A DNA stretch of 62,623 nt, the filler included, from Phoronis australis (Eukaryota; Animalia; Phoronida), in assembly GCA_002633005.1 (NCBI GenBank). It is 9 parts of 9 records of this genome, joined end to end, with 100 filler letters (N's around TTAATTAATTAA, not from the genome) between each part and the next. Parts side by side here need not be neighbours in the genome. Positions count along the whole stretch, not along the records: positions 8,688 to 13,696 come from NMRA01001054.1; positions 13,797 to 19,162 come from NMRA01002353.1; positions 19,263 to 24,925 come from NMRA01000315.1; 6 more parts are not named here. One strand, 5' to 3'. The notes beneath the pieces were generated by a model, which was not told the DNA's origin, did no database searches, and saw only the letters and a program-made list of their open reading frames with translations. The translations under genes were made by a program, and so were the position numbers. This document shows, piece by piece, positions 10,652 to 22,900 of this stretch (its first letter is position 1; every line of letters begins with the position of its first letter).

Positions 10652-12639
10652 AAACAGTTACTTGAAAATTCGTGACATGCTTTTTTGCTTCCTCAATGAT
10701 TAAGATAGGTGATTGAAACAGAAGCTATTTCTGCGTGAAACTGTTGGTAGTCATTCAGTGATGGACTGGGTGATTTGAACTTATGTCTTTACTGTTTCCT
10801 GCACTTGATTGTTTATTGTTTACATGATTTTGGGAACTACTGATTAGTTTATCCTATGCCCATTGATGCTTCTAATTACTTTTTTCATTTCATTCTGCAG
10901 TCTTATTACATTCAGATCTAAAAAGATAATTATATTTACTCTTATTTACTAATTTTATTATTGTTTTATCATGTATTTGTTTTTATACCTATTCTTGATT
11001 ATTTATAATTATTAGTTACTTTTGTTTATTTGCTATTACTTATTTAAATTATTTCTTGTGATCAGATACAGTCAACCTCCTGGCTGTCGTTGATCAATAA
11101 TCTTTATAATACGATCATGATGTGGACTTCAGTGCATAATAGATATTACTTTTATGGTTTGGTAACCTACTTGATTATTTGCCATAGGAAGTGGTGAAGG
11201 AAGTGTTCTTTTAAAGGCACATTGAGCCATACATCTGTGAGCACTTCGATAGTATGTGTAGTACCTTGGAAACTTGCTGATAGTTGATTTAAAAAATTTG
11301 AATGATTTACGAGAGCTGGAAAGCTTCGTAAAAATTACCCGAAATGGATTGCGTATTCAATAGGCATCTTGACTGTTTTATGGGGGCATACAAGGCAGGT
11401 TTACTGGACTTCAGGCACGAATTCCATCTCTTGCTGGTTTGGAGCCCCTATCCCTCTTGCCTCAAGTTTCATTCACCACAACCCACCCCAATTCGCTACC
11501 CATTTCAGATACCATCGGGCACGGACGCTTGGGGTCCAGTGAATCAGTCCCAAATAGCGACTCCACTTTTCCCTAAAACTACTACGTTTTTGGGAGTTTT
11601 CTACGTTGAATTCTTAATATGATTGAAAATAAGTAGGGTTTTTTCATGCAATGCATCTAATTTAAGGACTAAGTCCCTAAATATTCTGACTGAAGTAAGA
11701 CCTCAGTTTTTAGTTATATTATTATAAAAAGTCATAAGTCAAAAGGGAGCTCATAATAAAGATAAAATGATAGAATAATATAAAAACTGTGAGCAAAGAA
11801 CAAAAAAAATACCTAAAAGATTTACCAACTAGGTTGAGTTCAGGCGGATCCGGGGTGGGGGGGGGGGGGGGACAAAGGGGTCTGGCCCCCCATTTTCCTT
11901 GATTGTAGTGATATCAATGCTAGAATTTTCAAATTGTTGACTTGGGCCACCTTTCTTAAAAATCATTATCCGATCCCCCCTTTAAAAAATCCTGGATATG
12001 ACCCTGTTGGGTAGATATTTAGGACAGTTTCATGTAAATGGGCACAGACACAACTGCTTGAATCTGGAATGTCTTTAAGATGTGAATTTTCGAAAGAAAG
12101 TTCTACTATTTTTCCATTTTATTCTAAAACAAAGTTTGTGTGTTGAAATCTTACATAATTAATTGTTAATTAATTGATATTAACACCTGGAATATTGGGG
12201 GAAGAAAGCAATCTCTGCCCCCGACCTTTCAATTGGTCGAGGGCACCCCCGCTCCTATCTCTTCTTCAGCAGATTACATTCCTGACCCCCCTGGACAAAA
12301 TCCTACAGGTTCGGTACCTGCCCATTCTCCAATAACCTACTTTCATCTGCTCAGCTCTTATTACTGAGTCTCCCTCTTGCTTAATTATGACTGTATTTCT
12401 CGTAATTTATAATACCTTTGCTGCCCAATTTTTTTCTTGGTTTACTCTACATTTTTCCTATGTGTATTTTTCCATTACAGTGCTCGTGTATTTTGTTTTC
12501 AATATTTTAAACAAAGACACTTCACTGGCAATTTTGAATTTGACAAACTAAGATCAGCCATGGTCAATGCCTTACATGTACGTACTTTGTCGGCCCACAC
12601 ACACTCGCTAGGTGTCGCCACGGTCCATGACACAATAAT

Positions 12640-12935
12640 GGCGGCGACCTTGGTGAATAGTCTTCTTAGCGTTTTTGACGATAGCTTGGCAGCAGCGAAA
12701 TTTCTTCTGAAAATTCGGTTTGCTGGTATAAAAATTTTAAAAACTTATAATGGAATGAAACCACTTACGATAATTTGTTGTGACGTGTACGCAACCTCGT
12801 GAAAGAACAACAGTACTTGATTGAAGAATCGGCGAAAAAGAGACAGGCCAACAGGTGACGCAATATTTCATGCCGCCGAAAGCTTACGCAGAAGGTCGCT
12901 TCACAACTTTAGCAGCAGAATAACGGTAGAACAAG
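12640..12935 (+). repeat. Unclassified dispersed repeat, second copy at ~22290-22530
   Basis: Shared collinear blocks tgacgt.tacgcaacctcg, ttgattgaagaatc, aggtgacgcaatatttcat and tttagcagcagaataa. Confidence 0.7.
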
Positions 12936-13848
12936 AGACATGTTAATACCATAGACCGGGCACATGCGCTACTGCAGCTGACAACTTGACGCCATATTCG
13001 AGAGTGTTACTAGTCACATGACACTGCTAATTGCCGTGTAAACAAACGGGGTAAATGGCTCTTTTCAAAGCGCGATATCTTACAAATAAAGGGGCGGAAG
13101 AGTGTGATTTTTTCCAGGTACACAAAAACATGAAATGTCACACTTACATGCGTTTTTAAGTTTCAATGCAGTTGATAGGGAAAATATCAAACTAATAGAA
13201 GATCGTAACCAGTTGCAGATTCTCGAATTGTGTGAGCGGCTGCACGCTTGTTATGCGCTGTAAGCGTTTCCTTTTTTTTTCGTTTTTTCAAGAGAAACGA
13301 GCAAGATTGCACAAATTTATCATTTAATTCACTCGATGCAAATGCATTATATCCAAGAGACGTGCTGCTCACTTGGGATGTACTTTTGTTGTGCCCCAAT
13401 AAGCCTCAGTTTTCAGTATTGAAAATGACTCCGAGTAACTACGTAAAATTAAAATACGACCCAGGTCGTTTTTAATAGGGGGTCTAAATTTAACGTGAAC
13501 TACTATGAAAAAGACCTCATTGAAGTTATATAGATAAATGACAGGTTTTTAAAGTTAATTAGGGCGTTCTCCCGTTCTGTGACTTTACAAGACGTACAGC
13601 GGTTGTAAGCGTGTGATAGCCGAAACTCCGATTGACGTATGTATAGTTGGGCGATTTTGGTGATTCAAAAACTTTAATCATGACCAGTGTTTGATANNNN
13701 NNNNNNNNNNNNNNNNNNNNNNNNNNNNNNNNNNNNNNNNTTAATTAATTAANNNNNNNNNNNNNNNNNNNNNNNNNNNNNNNNNNNNNNNNNNNNATGA
13801 TGTAGAAATACTCCTGACCACTTGCTGTTGCGTATGTACTTATTTTAG

Positions 13849-13998
13849 GAAGGCATTCCACTCACAGACCCCAAGTATTATTCCAAGATCTCTCTGGAGG
13901 AGTTGACCCATGTCTTTCGTTCGGATTCCTTGTGTCCTATGCCCATGTTAGAAGAGCGACTGGCCAATCTGCAAGAGGCAGGCACCACATTGGTTGAG
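13849..13998 (+). CDS. QNG1: Queuosine nucleotide glycosylase/salvage protein (DUF2419), internal exon A
   Basis: tattttag|...|gtaaac, 150 nt, phase 0/0: EGIPLTDPKYYSKISLEELTHVFRSDSLCPMPMLEERLANLQEAGTTLVE, which resembles the EGIP...RSD...PL.EER...L.E.G..L.E block of C9orf64/QNG1. Confidence 0.9.
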
Positions 13999-14008
13999 GT
14001 AAACCCAG

Positions 14009-14730
14009 TTTTTATGTGCTCACATATTTATATGTGGGTGCATATTGTCGTCATCTCTGTCAAGACGTCCGGCGTCTGCTGTTCTACCTCCTAACCCCTT
14101 GCAGGATCTTCTCGACATTTGGCAGTTCTGTTCCTATGCGGCTGGTGTCAAATGACAATAAGTTTCAGGTCAATCCAAATACTTTGATTCTCTATCTTTG
14201 GAGTTCCTTGGTGGATTTTCATGAAGTTCAGGAAATAAGTTTTAATAAGAAGGCGTGATGCCATTCCATTTTTGGACGGATGCGATGGATTGTATGCCAC
14301 CTTGTGGGCATTTTTGTTATTTTTGAGTCCTTTTTCTGGCGTCCGACTACTGTGTCACCCCCAGTGGCAATTTTGTTTTTTGTTTGCATTTCCGGCTAAA
14401 TCTCCTTGCCTTTGAAGGAGCTTTGTGAAATTTGAAAGATGTGTTCCAATGGAGCCACAAACAGTTACAAGTGTCGAATTGATCCAAATACCACTGTGCC
14501 ACTGGTTGCCTTTGCACCTTCAGAGTTCATAATGTATTTTCATGAAATTCAGCAAATAAGTTTTTATTTAGGAGACGAGAACAGCTTTCTCGTTTTCGGA
14601 CAGATTTGATGTGTTTCTGTTCCACCTGGTGGCCTATTAACATATTTTTCTTATGTTTTTGACGTGTGTCTCCCTTTCTGCCACACAACTCAAAGGATCA
14701 TTATGAAAATTGACGGCCAATATGTTTTTC
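14009..14730 (+). mobile_element. Diverged Helentron/HINE family B copy in a QNG1 intron
   Basis: 5' end ttttatgtgctcacatatttatatgtgggtgcat (subTIR plus inverted repeat) followed by degenerate ~145-bp units. Confidence 0.7.
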
Positions 14731-15300
14731 TTGATTTTATTTTTTTAATCAAATTTAATCTGTTGTTTGCAACTCATTGTAACCTGCAACACCCTCTGTT
14801 GGTGCTTTTGATAGTTCTGCTTTCAAGTAGATCTTATTTAAATCTTTATTGTATGCACTGCTTTTCCTTGATCTATTGTAAAACAATAAGTTTTATATGC
14901 TGAACCTATAAACATCTCATTTTTCCACTAGGAACGTAACTTCTTTGTCCCCCCTTGTTTTAACTTTTCATTCTGACTATGGTGAACCTTAAAATTACCA
15001 TGATTCAGAATAACATGTTTAAATCTGGCCAATGTTTGGCAAAATAATTGCCTATATTGACCTTTTTCAATTTTCAAATGGCGTAGTTATAAACGCCAAC
15101 AATTTCTCAGAATCATTGTCTGATGGTAACTGTGGTATTGATCTTATAAAAGATACGGCATTTATTTGATGATACTTTTATGAAAAAATGAAAATTAAAT
15201 TAAAATTTCGCTTCTCATCCACATTATGTCCTGACAATTTTCCATTATCGAAAGTATTTCAGAATCGGACGCTACATTTTGATATCAATTTTCTTTTCAG

Positions 15301-15424
15301 AAATTTGGTGGCACCTTTTTCAACTGTGTGAAACAGTGCAGCCAAAGTGCTCAAAAACTGCTGGAAATAGTACTCAACAACTTTCCTTCCTTTAGAGACG
15401 AGAACGAATTCATGGGCAGAAAGG
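15301..15424 (+). CDS. QNG1: QNG1 internal exon B
   Basis: ttcttttcag|...|gtcagt, 124 nt, phase 0/1: KFGGTFFNCVKQCSQSAQKLLEIVLNNFPSFRDENEFMGRK. In frame with exons A and C. Confidence 0.9.
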
Positions 15425-15486
15425 GTCAGTAAGTCTCCCTTTTGCCCCTCTTTCGTCATTTTAGTTATAGTATATGCAGACTTTAA

Positions 15487-17756
15487 AGAGTTCCCACCAT
15501 GACCCTGTGTCCCAAAAAGAATTTTATTAAGAGATTTAATAGCCTGTTGCTAAGAAACAAGCCAAAAATAAAAAAACATATATTTTTCTGTTATTGGGGT
15601 TGTATGTAATGGGTGGCAGACCATCTCCGTCGTCGTTATTTTTATCAGTGCGATACTGAGGATTTGTGAGGAAAGTCTGCAGAGAGCCGCCTTTTTCAGA
15701 TATGGAAAGGTGCGTTTGTGGAAGCCGCAGTAACAGCAAATTCACTGAGAGTATCTCTGTGTGTTCAAATTTCCTAAATACATGAAACTTACACATAAAT
15801 TGCGTCAGTTTGTGCATCACGTGAGAGTGTGAAGTGTCAGTGGAGTGCATTCAGTTGGGAGCCACACTTTGTTCGACACATTTCAAGAAACGGTGTTTCA
15901 ACCATACACAAAGGCGGATTACAATGAAGGACTCACCACCTTATAAGTGTATTTGCAAATTTTATGAATAACAAATTTCTTCCATTATACGGCGAGTGAT
16001 GTCAGGTCCTCGACCCCGACCCAGTTTGAGTGCTATGACACGGTCTAAACACATTTTGTTTCGACCGTGCTCATTCCATCATGGCAATAGTGAATACGAT
16101 TGACCCAGGTTTACTGTGGCCTTTGTCAGTAATTATTGAGTGTCTATTTTGTGAATATTGACCAAACCTTGGTTCAGTTGGTTGTGGTTCACATAAGTCT
16201 GCAGCATTTCTTGTGCAAGTGGGTTGAGTTTATAAGGCCTCAAAGCCGACGAAAATTCGCTAAGTGGGAAATCTAATAAGTTGTCTGATTCTTCAATACT
16301 TGAGTATGTTGCCCATATCCACTCACCTCTCTACATAATAATTGTCGAGTTCTCTCTCAAAATCATCATCGTCCTCAGATCTGCTGTATTCTGCCAGATT
16401 GCAGTTGATTGGCAAGTGACCTGGGCCCGGTCTCCAATCTCCGTACTCAGACTCGAATCATGCTCAAACTCACACTTCATACTCAACTCGAGTACAGACT
16501 CAGCTTTGGTGTATTCAATGTCATACTCGAAAAATCTGTACTCGAAATTTCGAGCACGTACTCAGTTTTCGAGTGTACTCGAACTGAAGTGTATCTCATC
16601 TATATTTCGAGTACGATTTTGAGTAAAAATTCGGAGTCTATGCTCAAATTTCAAGTTTGGTATGGCAGTGTGCTTGAAATCGTACTCGAAAATAAATACG
16701 AGCCAGAGAACAAAATATCGAAAGGGAACCAAGAAACATAGAAAATCTAAAAAAAATAAGTCCTCTTACCGTATCTCAGCACTTGAATTTCAGTTCAGAT
16801 ATAATAGTTTTCATCTTAAATCTTNGCTTCCCTGTCAGGTACATTTCTCATCATAACTTAGTCATCTATAATTCCTCAATCCCCAAATGCTGGAATTCCA
16901 GATTTTGTTTGCCGATTTCTAAGTAGACGTCTCGTCCCGTTCACTGCCACTGGTGAACTCTCAATGCCTGCACAAGTATTGTTTTTTAACGCACGTGCCA
17001 AATGTCAACTCACTTGATACATCCCGGTAAAATACAAAGATACAGTATCAAACTTTGACATCAGTGTAGGCCTACACAGCAATGGGTTTTATGTCAAGAC
17101 TAAATTAGCAACAGAGATGTGATGTGATAAGCTGTTACATATTTCTTAAGACATTTTCGGGACTGGGTGAGTAACTCAAGAAGTAAAGCTTAATAATTGC
17201 CAAATTTATCAAAGAAATGACATAAGAATATTTATTGAAACTAAAAAATGAATAACAGTTACAGAACACTCAGAATTCCACGTTATAGACATACTCTTTA
17301 GCGACAGCAGACGATAATGTAGGCCTAGTTCTTAGGGTGGTCTATTCCAATAGGGAGCGATGAATCAGCGCGGCTTTGCGTGATTTTGCATTTCACATTA
17401 TAAAGAGTTCCATAGCAACTCGAGTATGAGTGTCAGATTTGAGTACGTTTGGAGTCTACTCGAAATACGACATTAGATACGCTTTTTTGAGTACGACTCC
17501 AGTGAGCACGATTTTGAGTATGAAATCTCGAGTATGAGTATGAGTCTGAGTACGGAGATTGGAGACCGGGCCCAGATGTCTTCCACCCGTTACATCATTT
17601 GGTAGGAAACTTGGAAATAACTATTTTTCTTCAAAATTGAAAATTTTGGGACTATTTAGCAGAAAAAAAAATGCTTTTTAGTTAGATTTTTTGGTACTTA
17701 TTTCACATTAGCTAACTGAAACCTCATAAACTAAGAAAATGTATGGTGGGAACTCT
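15487..17756 (+). mobile_element. Non-autonomous Kolobok-type DNA transposon with decayed THAP domain, in a QNG1 intron
   Basis: TTAA|AGAGTTCCCACCAT...ATGGTGGGAACTCT|TTAA (14-bp perfect TIR). From ATG 15702, with frameshifts: MERCVCGSRSNSKFTESISV/FKFPKYMKLTHKLRQFVHHVR/TLCSTHFKKRCFNHTQRRITMK. Confidence 0.82.
16424..17572. mobile_element. PIF/Harbinger-like MITE nested in the Kolobok element
   Basis: Perfect 31-bp TIR GGCCCGGTCTCCAATCTCCGTACTCAGACTC, flanked by CTG and CAG (CWG-type site). Subterminal (A)CTCGA/TACTC motif arrays. Confidence 0.75.
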
Positions 17757-18381
17757 TTAAGTTAAAGTGAATCTTTAGTAATGGGCAGAAATTGCTTTGG
17801 CAGGTAGAAATAAGTTCATTGTAAGAGACTTTGGTAGTTGTTTTTTTGATCTTCATTATTATACCTCAGAGTTAACACAAGGCATTTTTGGAAAGGTGAA
17901 AGAACAGCTTTCGTTTTGCAAACACGCTTAGCAGTACACAACTCTTAAAAGCTGAATTTCTCCTTTATTTAGCAATTAATGTTGAATTCTTAACAGAGGC
18001 ACTTTGGCATTTAACTTCATTACCATAGTCATCTGATCTTGAATTATTGCCAGCAACTCGAGTCACAGGCAATCGTTCATGCACCATTTTCGAATCCGCA
18101 ATTTAAAGTTGTTTAACTCCAATAAACTCTGAAGCATTTTCTTGAGTCACTGATAATTTAGACATTCCTGTTGTATCCTGTCACGCTATTAAGAGATGAG
18201 AGTAAAGGCTTAATTTGATTTTCATTTTGAGCTAGGTATACAGCATGAAATGCACCTTTAAATGCTACTTGATCAATTAAGCATAAAATTCTTTAAGTGC
18301 TTCATATTCGTCTAAACCATACGCTCTTGTGCGAGTTATTTAGCTCAGTTTTGACAAAGTTTGTAACCATAATTATTTCAG

Positions 18382-18496
18382 TTTCTCTTTACAAACGAGC
18401 TCAAATCCTGATTGGTGACATTTGGGCATGTTTCCATGGTGATGGCATAGCCGCCTTTGACGACATTGACACCATCACAATGTTTGCTGACTACAG
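18382..18496 (+). CDS. QNG1: QNG1 internal exon C (conserved catalytic-region motifs)
   Basis: atttcag|...|gtaagt, phase 1/2: (V)[37 protein letters not shown](R), containing the family hallmarks YKRAQIL and TMFADYR. Confidence 0.93.
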
Positions 18497-19262
18497 GTAA
18501 GTGTTGCTAGACAGTATGTCTAACGTTTGTTGTCGTTTTGAAGTCCCACACGTCACTAAGGTGAACTAATCACTTAATGCGACACTGGTAATGGCGACGT
18601 ACTATTCTTTGGTGCTTTGAAAGCACTAATTTGACAACTTGATGGTCGAAAAATTTATTTAAAAAATGTCATGAAGTTCCACTGACTGTATTTATTGCCA
18701 TCCAAGATGTAAGTTAATTGTAGGTGGCGCTAAACACTATTCCTCGAAAGGCTACAAACGTCTAGCAACAAAGCTTATTTCATTATGTCAGCACTATATC
18801 GGAATAAAGCTATTCATTTCCATTGTGTATCAGTGTTTCCTGTCTCGCAGCACCGCACAGAGTTTCACGAAAAGTGTTTGGTGACTTAAGTTTCAAATTT
18901 GGTCTTTGTCTCCCATATACAAGTTGCTCAGTTATGGTTTAGCCATGCAATTGCTAGCGTATCACAGCGTAGAAATAACATAAATACAGTCCGCAACTAC
19001 CATTTACCATCAAATTCTCTGAGACCTTATTTAACTAAGTGCTATTTAACTATTTTTCAGAAGTAGCTGTGTGGAGTGTAAGACCAAATTTCTGACTTAG
19101 TCACTTAAGAAACAGACCCCTGCTGCAGATAACGACTTTGATTTCTGTAATACTTATATATCNNNNNNNNNNNNNNNNNNNNNNNNNNNNNNNNNNNNNN
19201 NNNNNNTTAATTAATTAANNNNNNNNNNNNNNNNNNNNNNNNNNNNNNNNNNNNNNNNNNNN

Positions 19263-19337
19263 CTGACAGAAATCTCAGCTCGCATTTCCAAATTTCAGGT
19301 CGCAAATGCGACCTGCAGCTCGTTATGTCGAGTCCTG
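19263..19337 (-). mobile_element. hAT-like transposon end; matching end starts at 24127 on +
   Basis: Near-exact reverse complement of cagggctcgacataacgagctgcaggtcgcatttgcgacctgaaatttggaaatgcgagctgaga at 24127. The two ends face outward toward the segment boundaries. Confidence 0.65.
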
Positions 19338-19344
19338 CCTATAC

Positions 19345-19960
19345 ATCAGTTGCTTAAAGCACCACAAAAACATAGAATTAAAAACAAATTTACCACCATA
19401 AATTTAGTAAAGATCCTGCAAACGGTTTGGGCGCAAAAAAAACTGCCACTAGGAGGCACCACAGTAATCAGTCATGGGAAATTCAGCGTCAACCGTCCTC
19501 TTCATAGTAAGAACATACATGCCCAATTTTCACAATCATACTTAGAGCGGTTTGGTTGATAGAGGGGTGGACGCCAAAAAAACAGACACAAAAACAGTAA
19601 AAATGGCTACTGCGTGTCGCAAACTAGGTCGAATCCATCCGAAAACGGGAGGATAGCATCATCGCACTAATAGGTGCCTACATACCAAATTTCATGAAAA
19701 TCCGTTTAGGACTTTTGAAGATACAAAGGTAAGCGTAAAAAACTAAAATTGCCACTAGGGGGCACACCGGTAGTTGGATCCGTCCAAAAGTTCGCACATG
19801 CCGTCCCATTCATGAATAGAACATATGTGCCAAATTTCATGAACGTATGTCTAAAGGGTTTTGGAGATAGAGCAGCGGACGCCGGACGGACGCCGCCCGT
19901 ACGGACGGACGGAGATGACGGCATAATGCGTCCACATACAAATATGTGGGCGCATAAAAA
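19345..19960 (-). mobile_element. Young Helentron/HINE family B copy (5' part)
   Basis: Reverse complement is nearly identical to 44321-44660 and 58640-58967: subTIR ATGCGCCCACA, IR TGTGGACGCAT, GTCC microsatellite, tandem units. Confidence 0.8.
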
Positions 19961-22900
19961 TGGTACTGGTTGGGGGTACATACACTACGCACACTTAATC
20001 AACTTCAAATTTTGACTAAGTTACAAATGTATGGGATATGGTCTCGAGTTTTGTGCTGCCCCTACTTGTTGATTTGTTGCAAGTTGTCTTGAGAGATAGA
20101 GAACCTGCCTCTGCAACATCAGTTGTCACATGACATGTCTTCTAGTCCATGGGAGTAAACACACAATACTGGGTGTTTCGCATTGGTCTTTACTGCAAGG
20201 GGTTAATACTCTGAAAATACTAATCTTCGGAGTAAAGGCTCTTCTGTGTAATAACTCATCCATCTTAAAGAAAAATCCAGGTGGTAATAACTGCATTATC
20301 ATCCACGGTAATAACAATAAATCAGTGATCCAAACAGAAACGCATACACTATTCAGATCTAAGACACAGGTTACAAAACCCATTTAGTTTGTCATGGGGT
20401 GATTGGTTGACAGTGTTTCATTGCTCACTATTTCAAAAGACCACGATTTCAAATTTCTTGACAGAAAATTTACAAAAACGTATCGCTTTTTTCAACGTCT
20501 TATAGCAACGGTGTGAATTTCTTTTACCGTGGTTGATAAAAAGTTTATCTATGTTGCTTCGGTTTTAATTCCTTTACAAGTTGTCACTCTGCTTTAGGTT
20601 TTGTAATTTTTTTTACATTTTGAAGAGGTAGGATGTATTCATGTGAAACGTTTATTGAGAAAAGCCAAGTTGCAAAAATGCGCACTGGGAAAGTCAAGGC
20701 ATCATAAAATTCAATAGTTTTTTTAACAGCTGGAAATGTTTGATTACAAACTGTACAGTCGAAGCACACATGACGTTTAGAATTAAACATGTGATATACA
20801 ACTGCTTGATGTTCATGACAATAGGCATGGGGGTACACTGTTGCAAAAGAGCATGATAAGCCATACCATTAACAAACTGAGCCATCTACACCAGGCATCT
20901 ACAAACACAAACGTTAAAAAGCAATACAACTGCTTGGCCAATAGTCAGATATATTGTGCCCACTATTTTGAGAAACAATTTTAACCTCTGAATAATGGGC
21001 ATAAAACTGGCAGTGTTCTCCACGACCTGTTTTGACTCGACGCGGTAACAAGTTTGGATTTTGCCGCGTCGAGCTTGGGGAACGCGCGTCGAGTTTGGGG
21101 AAGCGCATCAATTTCAAAAATTGTCGCACCAGGTTTAAAACCTTGGCCGACTTGGTACTGAAGCCCTCAGCATTTAATCAGGGCCTGATTTTCCCAACAG
21201 TAAGAGACACCGTAAGCGCCGTATTAAGACGCCCGGGGCGNNNNNNNNNNNNNNNNNNNNNNNNNNNNNNNNNNNNNNNNNNNNNNNNNNNNNNNNNNNN
21301 NNNNNNNNNNNNNNNNNNNNNNNNNNNNNNNNNNNNNNNNNNNNNNNNNNNNNNNNNNNNNNNNNNNNNNNNNNNNNNNNNNNNNNNNNNNNNNNNNNNN
21401 NNNNNNNNNNNNNNNNNNNNNNNNNNNNNNNNNNNNNNNNNNNNNNNNNNNNNNNNNNNNNNNNNNNNNNNNNNNNNNNNNNNNNNNNNNNNNNNNNNNN
21501 NNNNNNNNNNNNNNNNNNNNNNNNNNNNNNNNNNNNNNNNNNNNNNNNNNNNNNNNNNNNNNNNNNNNNNNNNNNNNNNNNNNNNNNNNNNNNNNNNNNN
21601 NNNNNNNNNNNNNNNNNNNNNNNNNNNNNNNNNNNNNNNNNNNNNNNNNNNNNNNNNNNNNNNNNNNNNNNNNNNNNNNNNNNNNNNNNNNNNNNNNNNN
21701 NNNNNNNNNNNNNNNNNNNNNNNNNNNNNNNNNNNNNNNNNNNNNNNNNNNNNNNNNNNNNNNNNNNNNNNNNNNNNNNNNNNNNNNNNNNNNNNNNNNN
21801 NNNNNNNNNNNNNNNNNNNNNNNNNNNNNNNNNNNNNNNNNNNNNNNNNNNNNNNNNNNNNNNNNNNNNNNNNNNNNNNNNNNNNNNNNNNNNNNNNNNN
21901 NNNNNNNNNNNNNNNNNNNNNNNNNNNNNNNTAGAGCCTTCCTATCTAGCCAGCTAGCTGTGAAGACTATTTTCAAAATACAGCAAGGTGCCACTGCGTA
22001 TTGAGCTCAAACAGACCTCGAAATTTCACACAGCCCGGATAGTTACATGTACGCTTGTCACCTCGTCGAAAAGCTTGTATCAACATGAGCTCAAGACCGG
22101 CGAGTTTGCATGCAAACTCTGGAAGCCAATTGGCATTCAAGTTGCCCGTTACGGCCGTTTAAACGAAAAACATCCGACGTCATCTTCTTGCGTAATTCTC
22201 TGCCTTTTGTAACGAAAAAACGTATGTCGTCATTTTGAAAAGAGTTCATTCGTGACACGCGCCACTTTCAAAATGTTTTCGACATCTCCCATTATATGGT
22301 GGCAACATCTCAGCAAAATTTGGTTCACTGATATCAAAATTCCAAAAACATATAATAAGTGAAACCAATTCTGATCATTTGTCTTGACGTTTACGCAACC
22401 TCGAGGGAGAACGTTTGATTGAAGAATCTGGGAAAAAGAAACTGACTAATAGGTGACGCAATATTTCATTGCGTCGAAAGTCTACGCAAAAGGTTAAACC
22501 CTAATTTTAGCAGCAGAATAATTGTAGAAAACCAAATTTTGCAACGCTGGTAAATAATTTAGATTATTCTAGGAAGATTTTATTTGGTCGGTTTTTACCC
22601 ACAACGGCGCAAATTTGTATATTTAATTTAGTAAACACCTTCGCACCAAGGCTAGAGCCTTCCGAGCCCTTTGGCATAAGAACAACAATTATTGGCGTTT
22701 CGCGTATACTCCAGGGTGTAAAACTTTGAAAATAATATTTTCGGGGTAACCTGGTACAGGTAATCCTAAAAAACTTGTCTGTGTTTTCATGTAGAGCGTA
22801 AAAATTGTTAACCCAGTGATTCAAAAAGAACACTCTCGCAAACGAAAACGCACAAAATTTTCAGCTCTATTACCCTGGTTAAAAAACAACTTCTATAAGT

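Noticed and set aside
11171-11250. Exon-like EVVKEVFF*RHIEPYICEHFD as an upstream QNG1 exon
   Set aside because: In-frame stop, no resemblance to the QNG1 N-terminus, and it is on a different segment.
19749-20015. Recurring small ORF MPLGGTPVVGSV...KFAHAVPFMN (also 44208-44537, 58678-58878) as a multi-copy gene
   Set aside because: It lies within near-identical non-autonomous Helentron copies, uses a TTG start, and its frame depends on microsatellite length.
20867-20898. Possible minus-strand micro-exon (AWCRWLSLLM) and nearby candidate exons at ~20105-20210 and ~23350
   Set aside because: Splice signals are plausible, but I could not build a phase-consistent model or recognise a protein.
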